From Marinilabiliaceae bacterium (lineage in GTDB: Bacteria > Bacteroidota > Bacteroidia > Bacteroidales > Marinilabiliaceae), in contig OY760941.1 of the NCBI GenBank assembly GCA_963664265.1, positions 1,064,859 to 1,096,858 of the forward strand: a stretch of 32,000 bases of DNA, written 5' to 3'. The stretch's first letter is position 1. Each line of letters begins with the position of its first letter. Under the pieces are notes generated by a model, which was given only the letters and a program-made list of their open reading frames with translations, searched no databases and was not told the origin of the DNA. Positions 9,240 to 22,263 of the stretch are shown here, piece by piece. Both the position numbers and the translations under genes were made by a program.

Positions 9240-9380
9240 CACCAAAAAATTATTGAATATTTTTTCTCAAAAATAGGGAATCTAATTCAATTTACAACAT
9301 TCATTAACATTCAGATTGTTGTAACCGGTGAAAATATGTTAAGATCAGGACAAGAACTTTAGAAACCCAGACTGTCTGCA

Positions 9381-9412
9381 TAAAAAAATCCCCTTGCGGA
9401 AAACAAGGGGAT
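9381..9412 (-). terminator. Rho-independent terminator downstream of the KAS III-like gene (9-bp stem ATCCCCTTG/CAAGGGGAT, 7-nt loop, U7 run on the minus strand)
   Basis: The inverted repeat at 9388-9412 is followed, in the minus-strand sense, by TTTTTTTA (9381-9388). It lies 38 nt after the stop codon. Confidence 0.75.
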
Positions 9413-9449
9413 CATGCAATTTCGGTTGGGTTTCAACAGTTCCTTCGTA

Positions 9450-10535
9450 TTATTCGACTTTATACACAAAGGTGTTGATGTTCATGCCGGCTCCAACGGA
9501 AGCAAAGACTACCGTATCGCCACTCTGAATGGCGTGGTTTTCCATACCACCTTTCATCATTAGGTCGAACAAGGTGGGCAAAGTGGCTACCGATGAGTTC
9601 CCAAGCCAGGAGATTGTCATGGGCATAACCTCCTCGGGTGGGTTTTCGATGCCATAAAGGGCATAGAATTTCTTCAGAATCACATCGTCCATTTTGCCGT
9701 TGGCTTGATGGATCAGCACCTTTTTTATATCGGCAATATCGGTTCCGCTTTTATCAACACAGGCCTTAATGGCTTGTGGCACCGTTTCGATGGCATATTG
9801 GTAAAGCTTACGGCCGGTCATTTTCAGGAATAGGTCGTCAGGAGTCTTATAATGGGGGTTATACGATTTGTCCATCAACAACATTTTGGAATGCATCAAA
9901 GTATCGGAACGGGTTTGATGCGCCAGAATCCCGATGGGCTTTTCGCTGTAGCGGCCTTCGAGCACCACGGCACCCGCCCCATCGGCATAGAGCATGCTGT
10001 CGCGGTCGTGGGGATCGCTCACGCGCGAAAGGATTTCAGCACCAATCACCAAGATCCGTTTGGCATCGCCCGACTTGATGTAATAGTTTGCTTGAATCAC
10101 TGCCTGAAGCCATCCCGGACAACCGAACAAGATGTCGTAAGCCACCGTATTGGGATTTTCGATCTTCATCAGGTGCTTCACACGGGAAGCCAAACTGGGA
10201 ACAATATCGGAACGGTTGTTATTGCTTTTGGTATCCCCAAAATTGTGCGCCACAATAATATAATCGAGGGTTTCAGCATCGATGCCCGCATTATTGACAG
10301 CCTCCCGGGCAGCAAAAAATGCTAAGTCGGAAGTCCGCAAATCATCGGTAGCATACCGACGCTTGGCAATGGTGGTGATATCAAAAAACTGATCGATGAT
10401 CTCCTGGTTATCCTTGTGTAATTTTTTACCCGAGGTATCGTAAAACTCGTGATTCAAGAAATCCTGATTGGCAATTTCACGTGAAGGGACATAACTCCCG
10501 GTACCGGTAACAACACTGTAAATGGCTTGGTTCAT
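9450..10535 (-). CDS. 3-oxoacyl-ACP synthase III (FabH/KAS III)-family condensing enzyme, divergent paralog
   Basis: The 361-aa product has a thiolase-fold Cys-His-Asn triad in the contexts FGCPGW, LIHQANGKM and WLGNSSVATLP. An insertion sits in the N-terminal region (HEFYDTSGKKLHKDNQEIIDQFFDITT) relative to housekeeping FabH. Confidence 0.8.
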   Translation of the reverse strand: MNQAIYSVVTGTGSYVPSREIANQDFLNHEFYDTSGKKLHKDNQEIIDQFFDITTIAKRRYATDDLRTSDLAFFAAREAVNNAGIDAETLDYIIVAHNFGDTKSNNNRSDIVPSLASRVKHLMKIENPNTVAYDILFGCPGWLQAVIQANYYIKSGDAKRILVIGAEILSRVSDPHDRDSMLYADGAGAVVLEGRYSEKPIGILAHQTRSDTLMHSKMLLMDKSYNPHYKTPDDLFLKMTGRKLYQYAIETVPQAIKACVDKSGTDIADIKKVLIHQANGKMDDVILKKFYALYGIENPPEEVMPMTISWLGNSSVATLPTLFDLMMKGGMENHAIQSGDTVVFASVGAGMNINTFVYKVE

Positions 10536-10683
10536 GCGATAAAAAAACTATAAACTACAAATAATTGATGCGTGCTAAGTTACAATTTATATCTTAAAAG
10601 TGAATCAAATTTTATAATTACAAGGCTAACATTCAATAATATTTCCCATGTTGCATAAAAAGTAGAATCAGGCAATAAGCTCT

Positions 10684-12111
10684 TCAATCCACCTTAATCA
10701 ATTGCTTTATCAAACCGTGAAAGACAATACCATGCAAAGGCATCACCAAATACCAGTATAGCCGCCCCCACAAACCTTTGGGACGAAATGTAGCGGTTTG
10801 AACCAGATGGCCATCCTCTATCTTGAATTCGAGCCAAGCCTCGCCTGGCAACTTCATCTCGGCAAACAACAATAGCCGTCGTTCCTCTTTGTTGGCATAC
10901 AAGACCCGCCAAAAATCCAATGCATCACCCGCCTGGATCAGGGACGGATGGGTTCGTCCGCGCCTCAGGCCTACACCGCCAAAAATTTTATCGATGAATC
11001 CCCTCAACTGCCAGAGCCATGTGGCATAATACCAACCCGTCGAGCCGCCTATTCGCCAAATCTTTTCCAAACACAAATCGGCGTCCGGCACAATTTCGCG
11101 TCGGATGTCCTTGTAGCAACCAAATTCGGGCACCCTGATGAAATCAGATATCTTGAAATCTAACCTTCCACTCACCATGGAATCTTTCCAACTTGAAACA
11201 ATTTCGTTCTGCTCAATCTTTTCAAATGCCCGCCTGATGCACTCCTTATAAGGCAATGGCCTTATATTCAACAATTTATTTATTTCAGTATCGCTGGCAA
11301 CCACCTCAACCTTCATGCTATCCACCAACGATACAGCCAGTTTGTAGGAGGTAGAAGTGATAAAATAGAGCCAATAGGACGACAACTTGGGCGTCATCAC
11401 CGGAACGATCCAGATGTAGCGCTTCAAGCCGCGCACCGAAGCAAAGGCCAGCAACATCTCCCGGTAGGTCATGATCTCCTCTCCGGCAATGTCGTAACTA
11501 TGGTTGAAGGTTTGGTTGTTGTCCAATATACCAGTCAGTATGCGGATGACATCGGAGATTCCGATGGGTTGACAGCGCGTATTCAACCATTTTGGCGCAA
11601 TCATGACAGGCAGCTTCTCTACCAGATCGCGGATAATTTCAAAAGAGGCGCTCCCTGAGCCAATGATGATGCCAGCACGCAACGTGGTGAGCGCAAAAGA
11701 TCCCCGCCCCAGCTCAAGCTCAACATTTTTACGGGAGTTCAAGTGCTTCGACAGCGTTAGGGCATTGACAATACCACTCAGGTAGATCACCTGCCGAACC
11801 GATGTTTTGTTGAGCTCTTCGCGGAAGTTGATGGCCGAAATACGTTCCAATTCATCAAATTTATTGGATGTGGACATGGAATGAACCAAATAATAGGCAA
11901 AATCAATGTCCCTTGGAATCTGCGCCAAGGTCTCCTGTCTGGTCAAATCCACTTCCACCACCTCAATTTGCCCCTCAAGAGACTGTGGCGGGTGGAATTT
12001 GTTTTTATCCCGAACGCAGCAAACGACACAATACCCGTTTCCCACCAAAACCGGAAGAAGGCGTTTTCCAATGTATCCGGTTGCACCGGTCAACAAGACT
12101 TTCATAGGCAT
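10684..12111 (-). CDS. YbjT-like two-domain protein: N-terminal NAD(P)-binding atypical SDR/Rossmann domain plus C-terminal DUF2867
   Basis: The N-terminus reads MKVLLTGATGYIGKRL (GxxGxxG). At 475 aa, its length and layout match the E. coli YbjT architecture as I recall it. The start is ATG 12111 or 12105, only 12 nt after the upstream PLP-gene stop. Confidence 0.7.
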   Translation of the reverse strand: MPMKVLLTGATGYIGKRLLPVLVGNGYCVVCCVRDKNKFHPPQSLEGQIEVVEVDLTRQETLAQIPRDIDFAYYLVHSMSTSNKFDELERISAINFREELNKTSVRQVIYLSGIVNALTLSKHLNSRKNVELELGRGSFALTTLRAGIIIGSGSASFEIIRDLVEKLPVMIAPKWLNTRCQPIGISDVIRILTGILDNNQTFNHSYDIAGEEIMTYREMLLAFASVRGLKRYIWIVPVMTPKLSSYWLYFITSTSYKLAVSLVDSMKVEVVASDTEINKLLNIRPLPYKECIRRAFEKIEQNEIVSSWKDSMVSGRLDFKISDFIRVPEFGCYKDIRREIVPDADLCLEKIWRIGGSTGWYYATWLWQLRGFIDKIFGGVGLRRGRTHPSLIQAGDALDFWRVLYANKEERRLLLFAEMKLPGEAWLEFKIEDGHLVQTATFRPKGLWGRLYWYLVMPLHGIVFHGLIKQLIKVD

Positions 12112-12123
12112 ATTCTTGATACT

Positions 12124-13626
12124 TCACTTCTCATCAAAAACCTTCTCTAAGACACCAATCAATTGATCCATAGGCTCCAAACCAATGGAGATCCGAAGCA
12201 GCTCTGGTTCCAAACCACACTTCAACAAGGCTTTGCGCCCCGCTTCATGATTCACCAAATCCCAATGAGCCAGATAGAAATAGGGCATCGCCAAGGTGAA
12301 ATTGTTGCCCAAACTGGGACCTTTAGGCAGCATCAGACGATCGTAATAATACACCAATGGTTTGTCAAAAACAACAGAAACAATGCCTGGCATCGATTTG
12401 TCACTTTTCCTAATCTTACAAAAGTTTGCAAAGGCTTGGTTACTTTGGGCAGAGAACACCTGCTTAACTTGTTTTTTAGCATTCAAATACCGGTTGAAGT
12501 GCAATGCATTTGCCGAAATTTGTTCCACCCGCTGAGCATAGCTACCAATACAGGCTCCCAAATGCTCAACTTCTTTATAATAGGGCGGTTCGTTGTATTC
12601 AACAATCAACTCCTTGCAGGCTTGCGCCCAAAAACTATCGGAACGCAACAGGATGCCCCCCATCAATAAACTGCTTGTACCGCAGGCAAACTTCGTAAGA
12701 CTTTCGATGGCGATGTCGGCATAGCCCAACAACTCAATGTTGTAAGGCGTGCCTAAGGTGCCATCCACAACGAGTGGGATGTTGAATTTCTGGGCGATGC
12801 GGTACAACTCGGGCAAATCAACAAATTGCATCATCGGGTTGTTGGGCACTTCGGTAAAAATGGCAACCACAGAGGTGTGATGAACCTTGAGCCATTGCTC
12901 CAAGGCCTGGGTCTGTTGAATGGACGTCAGCACGAAATGCTCCTGGCTGAATTTTTTAATAATCTCCATGGTGTCGGTGTAGAGCCACCCAAACTGCACA
13001 AAACAGGTGCGGCCAGCTTGGCTCTGCAATGCTTTCAACGCCGAAAAAACGGCATAATTGGCGGTCATGCCCGAATTGCAAAGGATCACATCCTCCTGAT
13101 TCAAATTACCATAGGCACTGGCAAGAGTATTTTGAATGGTGGTGCTGGCATTGGCCAAGCGAGGTTCTAAAAACTCGATATCAACAAGGTGATTTTGGAG
13201 CAGATACGATTCTGCACGACGCGAAGAAGGAATCAAGCCGGTATGCTGCAAAAACTTACGAATGGGAGCCACCAGGGCTGAAGAGGAGTCGATGGCAATG
13301 AAGGAGAACCCATCTTTTTCGATAACCGTTAAGGGGCAGTTCAGCAACTGTTCGAGCCTACGAACCGTTTTTGCTGATACCACAGGAATCAGTTCGATGT
13401 TGGGCTGGAAATCCACCGATTGCCTCACATGCTGCAACATCTGCTTCACCAAGGGATTCATGAAAAAACGCGGGTAACCGGCCTGCAGCTGTTGCAACAC
13501 CGCCGGATCCTGCTCCTCGTACCCCACCACATCGGCCATGCGGGGCAAGCTTACTGAAATGGCATGAGGGTTGCCGGCAGGCAACGATTCGCCACAGGGG
13601 ATATGTTTGAAATGTGATAATTGCAT
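12124..13626 (-). CDS. PLP-dependent enzyme of the Cys/Met-metabolism (cystathionine gamma-synthase-like) family with an internal insertion of about 100 aa
   Basis: It has a GYPRFFMNPL motif (the Y-x-R...N-P substrate/PLP-phosphate motif), NSGMTANYAV, and a PLP-lysine context ESLTKFACG. The C-terminal LRISIGLE is typical of the family. The start is ATG 13626 (MQLSHF) or 13644. Confidence 0.7.
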   Translation of the reverse strand: MQLSHFKHIPCGESLPAGNPHAISVSLPRMADVVGYEEQDPAVLQQLQAGYPRFFMNPLVKQMLQHVRQSVDFQPNIELIPVVSAKTVRRLEQLLNCPLTVIEKDGFSFIAIDSSSALVAPIRKFLQHTGLIPSSRRAESYLLQNHLVDIEFLEPRLANASTTIQNTLASAYGNLNQEDVILCNSGMTANYAVFSALKALQSQAGRTCFVQFGWLYTDTMEIIKKFSQEHFVLTSIQQTQALEQWLKVHHTSVVAIFTEVPNNPMMQFVDLPELYRIAQKFNIPLVVDGTLGTPYNIELLGYADIAIESLTKFACGTSSLLMGGILLRSDSFWAQACKELIVEYNEPPYYKEVEHLGACIGSYAQRVEQISANALHFNRYLNAKKQVKQVFSAQSNQAFANFCKIRKSDKSMPGIVSVVFDKPLVYYYDRLMLPKGPSLGNNFTLAMPYFYLAHWDLVNHEAGRKALLKCGLEPELLRISIGLEPMDQLIGVLEKVFDEK

Positions 13627-13650
13627 AAGAGAAATGAAAAACAAATTATT

Positions 13651-13917
13651 TTAGATCCAATGAAACAAATATTCATCCTTAAACTCTATTTCAAAGGCAT
13701 TTAGAAAGGCAAGATATTCATCCTTGAATGCTCTCTTTTCATAATGCTCCTTTTGGTTTGCAATGTAGTGAATCACATCCATTAACTGCGAATGACTGTA
13801 CGAAAATGCGCCAAAGCCTTCCTGCCACTGAAAACAGTAAAGGGTGAATTTATTTTCTTTGATATAAGATTTATGTATTTCATCCCGGAGAGTTTCTATA
13901 AACATACGCCCTCTCAT
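13651..13917 (-). pseudogene. Truncated IS200-like / REP-associated tyrosine transposase (RAYT, Y1 transposase) remnant; C-terminal part only
   Basis: FQWQEGFGAFSYSHSQLMDVIHYIANQKEHYEKRAFKDEYLAFL matches the C-terminal half of the 150-180 aa Bacteroidota Y1 transposases. The N-terminal HUH part is absent in all frames upstream. The conserved W-x-x-x-Y position reads WQEGF (TTT). Confidence 0.65.
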
Positions 13918-13996
13918 AGGTCAACAAAATAATAGTGTTTTGTGTTTTGGCTCTAAGCAATTATTGTTTTTTGAAGAAACACCAAAGGTGATGGGT

Positions 13997-14115
13997 GCGA
14001 CCCCGGCCGGGGGCGAACCCGCTATGCAAACATTCGAGCCTATAATCATTGAACCCCGCCGGGGTTCATTTCAATGAACAGTTCTTTATGCTTAATCCCA
14101 GAGGGGTTCAATGAA
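13997..14115. repeat. REP-like cluster of GC-rich palindromes next to the RAYT remnant
   Basis: CCCCGGCCGGGG (14001-14012) is a perfect 12-bp palindrome. TGAACCCCGCCGGGGTTCA (14050-14068) is a hairpin. TCATTGAACCCC (14046-14057) and GGGGTTCAATGA (14103-14114) form a perfect 12-bp inverted repeat. Confidence 0.6.
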
Positions 14116-14119
14116 AAGA

Positions 14120-14146
14120 TTGGGCACCCCTACTCGAGATGCCCAA
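14120..14146 (-). terminator. Hairpin 41 nt downstream of the GH63 stop (7-bp stem TTGGGCA/TGCCCAA, 13-nt loop) followed on the minus strand by TCTTTT
   Basis: The inverted repeat was read directly from the sequence. Confidence 0.45.
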
Positions 14147-14186
14147 AGCCATTCAGAATAAAAAGTTTAACTATTATCCGTTTCGA

Positions 14187-19513
<5,327 letters not shown>

Positions 19514-19639
19514 TCATTGATAAACAAATACTTCAATCAAGGGATGGAACTCCCCTTTTGCAAGTTCTTGATTTGAAACAAGAATCTCACATCCAACAAC
19601 TTGATTAACAAAACACATCAAGCAAATACTACTGCAACA

Positions 19640-20242
19640 TCAAATCTTGCAAAAGAACGTCACCAGAAATGGCACCGTAAAATCGACCAATATACCATGC
19701 GAGATGGCGATAATCACAAACTCTTTTCCCGAGAATTTTGTGATGATGGGCAGTGTGGTATCCATGGTGGTGGCTCCACCGGCCGATATGGGAGCCAGTT
19801 TCCCAAACCACATCACCAGCAATGGCGCCAACAACAGGGTGAATATCTCGCGGATGATGTTCGACATCAAGGCAATGACTCCCAATTCGGCGCCCTTGTA
19901 TTGGGTGATGAAGATGCTCGACAGGGAGTAGTAACCAAAACCTGAACCCACAGCCAGGCAATCGGTTACAGAGCGGTTAGCCAGGAAAAAGCTGACCAAG
20001 TAAACCCCCAAAAGTGTCCCCACGATGGTACCCAAAGGCACCAAGAATATTTTGAGGTTTTGATTCCGCAAGGCCTGGATGGCTTTCTCGTCGGAACCGA
20101 TGCTGATGCCCACCAGGAACATCAGGGCATAGAGTGCATAAACACTATAATCGTTGTTCACCAAGGCATCTGGCAACAGGTCGAAACGACCCAGCAGAGT
20201 CCCGGCAATAAAAAAAGAAACGATGATGATACTTCCCTTCAT
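19640..20242 (-). CDS. lysO: LysO (YbjE/DUF340) family exporter, C-terminal two-thirds encoded as a separate gene
   Basis: AVGSGFGYYSLSSIF...GGATTMDTTLPII...ISHGILVDFTVPFLV aligns with E. coli YbjE residues from about 100 to 299. Confidence 0.8.
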   Translation of the reverse strand: MKGSIIIVSFFIAGTLLGRFDLLPDALVNNDYSVYALYALMFLVGISIGSDEKAIQALRNQNLKIFLVPLGTIVGTLLGVYLVSFFLANRSVTDCLAVGSGFGYYSLSSIFITQYKGAELGVIALMSNIIREIFTLLLAPLLVMWFGKLAPISAGGATTMDTTLPIITKFSGKEFVIIAISHGILVDFTVPFLVTFFCKI

Positions 20243-20263
20243 AACAGAACCAATGGCAACAGG

Positions 20264-20542
20264 TTAAATTTCCTTTTTTGATGCAAAAAAATAACGGTAG
20301 ATCAACCAGGCAAAAAACAAACTTCCGGCCAAGGCGCCAATGGTTATCACCAAAGCCTCCACTCCCAGGGTTGCTAGGTTATCCATGATTTGCCGGTTAA
20401 TCCCCACGCTCACCCCCAGCAAAAAGAGCAATGCAAAGATGGCCAGCGATATGGCTTTCGAAGCCCAACCAAACCCAATCTTTCCGCGAAGAAGGTAGCC
20501 CAGAGCCACACCACTCAGCATCAAACCTATAACAATAAACAT
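20264..20542 (-). CDS. lysO: LysO (YbjE/DUF340) family exporter, N-terminal third encoded as a separate gene
   Basis: The 92 aa carry 3 predicted TM helices. LGVSVGINRQIMDNLATLG aligns with the N-terminal MGISLAFLDNLASNL region of YbjE. A 21-nt gap separates it from the next gene. Confidence 0.75.
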   Translation of the reverse strand: MFIVIGLMLSGVALGYLLRGKIGFGWASKAISLAIFALLFLLGVSVGINRQIMDNLATLGVEALVITIGALAGSLFFAWLIYRYFFASKKEI

Positions 20543-20589
20543 AACGACAAATTAATGAATTAAAAAAACTAAACCAATCAATATAAAAA

Positions 20590-20633
20590 TCCCCCAACCA
20601 ACAGTGTTGTTTCCAACCCTTTTGGTTGGGGGA
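20590..20633 (-). terminator. Rho-independent terminator downstream of susD (12-bp stem TCCCCCAACCAA/TTGGTTGGGGGA, followed on the minus strand by TTTTTAT)
   Basis: The perfect 12-bp inverted repeat plus a U-run lies 24 nt after the susD stop. Confidence 0.8.
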
Positions 20634-20656
20634 CTAAATATACAAATTAAACCGTT

Positions 20657-22219
20657 TTATTCTTTAACGTTTGGATTGGCCTGAATTTCGACCAAAGGAA
20701 CCGGATAAAAATTGTGCTTGGCTGCATTAAAACCGGTACGTCCAATGGCATGAAGGGCTGCTTGAGTTTTTCCCCATCGACGCAGATCGTAAAAACGGAA
20801 ATTCTCCAGAGGAAACTCGATCATCCGTTCGTGTTCAATTTGCGCCATAACTTGCTCTTTGGAGGTTCCAGTCATGGCGGGCATATCGGCCCGTTCGCGC
20901 ACCCGGTTGATCAGAGGAATGGCTTTGGCCGGTTGATCTTGCTGGGCATAAACCTCAGCCAACATCAGCAACACGTTGGAATAGCGCATCAAAGGAACGT
21001 TCAAGCTGGTGCGGCTCTTTTTCAAATCGACTTCGGTACGGGGAAGATATTTGCGGAAGCTAGGCTTGTTATAGGCTGATCCCGGCTTTTGAATCCAGTT
21101 TCCATCAGCATCTTTGATCCATTCACAGAACCAGTTATCGTAATCATCACCATACACTTTACCTGTCCCATCGTTAAAATAGGGATCCTGAAAAAAGATG
21201 GATGCATACAGGCGGGAGTCGTAATTGCCAGTAGTGGCAATCTTGCCCTCCTTCATAAACTCATCCATCAATCGTTGACTTGGTAAAATCTCATCCCAAC
21301 CATACAATTCACTAACACCAATCCAGCGATGCAGGGCTGTGCGGTACCAAGCACCGTTAGCGGTAGTTTCACTAAACTGAAGTTCAAAAACCGACTCTTT
21401 ACAATTTTTGTTTGAACCATCAAACATGCTGATAAAATCCTTTTCCAAATCGAAACCTTTCACCTCAAGCAAGGCATTCTCGGCATTTTTCAAATACTCG
21501 GATTTCTTATCAACCTGTTCCCAGGCCATGGTGAGGTAGGCAAACCCAAGATAAGCATTGGCTGCATTGGAAGTGGCACGTCCCAACTCTTCATTGGTGC
21601 GGGAGGCAGGCAGCCGTTTGGCCGCCTCGGCAAAATCGGAAACAATCATACTCCATGCATCGGCACGTTGCGATAAACCTGCAATAAGATCGGCCTGGCT
21701 GGTAATATATTTATCCCTTAGGATGATTTTTTCCCAGTTAAGAATTAACTTCATGTGGTAGTAAGCACGGAGAAAATAAGCCTCTCCCACGATTACATTT
21801 TTTGAAGCTTCATCAATCTTATCGGCCTCCATTGCACCTACCTTGGCGAGCACTTGGTTGGTATAATTCAAACCACGGTAATTGGCACTCCAATACAATG
21901 CAACTTGACTATTTCCATTAGCATAATTATAATTACTCAGTTCCACCCAGTTAGGATAGTTCAACGCATCGGCGCCCAGGTCGCAAATATCTTCACGATA
22001 AGCCTCCACTGGCCATTTGACCTCAGCAAACTCCCAAACATCATAGGCTGCTTCGAGCATGGAGTAAGAGGCCGCCAAACCTTTTTCGGCATCTTGTTTA
22101 TTACGCCAAAATGTTTCGGATGTGAGTTCATCGGGCGACTCCACGGTCAGCAAATCATCACACGAAGCTATTAATCCTGACAGAGAAACTAATCCGATTA
22201 TATATAATAATTTCTTCAT
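20657..22219 (-). CDS. susD: SusD/RagB-family nutrient-binding outer-membrane lipoprotein
   Basis: It has a lipoprotein signal (LSGLIASCDD) and is 520 aa. TPR-like SusD motifs are present (YFLRAYYH, RMIEFPLENFRFYDLRRWG). It lies immediately downstream of susC. Confidence 0.92.
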   Translation of the reverse strand: MKKLLYIIGLVSLSGLIASCDDLLTVESPDELTSETFWRNKQDAEKGLAASYSMLEAAYDVWEFAEVKWPVEAYREDICDLGADALNYPNWVELSNYNYANGNSQVALYWSANYRGLNYTNQVLAKVGAMEADKIDEASKNVIVGEAYFLRAYYHMKLILNWEKIILRDKYITSQADLIAGLSQRADAWSMIVSDFAEAAKRLPASRTNEELGRATSNAANAYLGFAYLTMAWEQVDKKSEYLKNAENALLEVKGFDLEKDFISMFDGSNKNCKESVFELQFSETTANGAWYRTALHRWIGVSELYGWDEILPSQRLMDEFMKEGKIATTGNYDSRLYASIFFQDPYFNDGTGKVYGDDYDNWFCEWIKDADGNWIQKPGSAYNKPSFRKYLPRTEVDLKKSRTSLNVPLMRYSNVLLMLAEVYAQQDQPAKAIPLINRVRERADMPAMTGTSKEQVMAQIEHERMIEFPLENFRFYDLRRWGKTQAALHAIGRTGFNAAKHNFYPVPLVEIQANPNVKE

Positions 22220-22263
22220 AACGTTATAATTTAATCGTAAATGCTATTCAACAAAAATGTTGG

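Noticed and set aside
13990-14115. A possible tRNA or tRNA fragment, suggested by the GGGGTTCAATGA and GGTTCA strings that resemble T-arm sequences
   Set aside because: I could not fold a cloverleaf: there is no acceptor-stem complementarity, no D-arm, and no GTTCGAATC-type T-loop context. The strings are better explained as arms of REP-like palindromes.
20543-20656. A possible lysine riboswitch upstream of the lysO genes
   Set aside because: The gap is only 114 bp and is largely occupied by the susD terminator hairpin. That is too short for the roughly 180-nt lysine riboswitch, and no conserved riboswitch core motifs were recognised.
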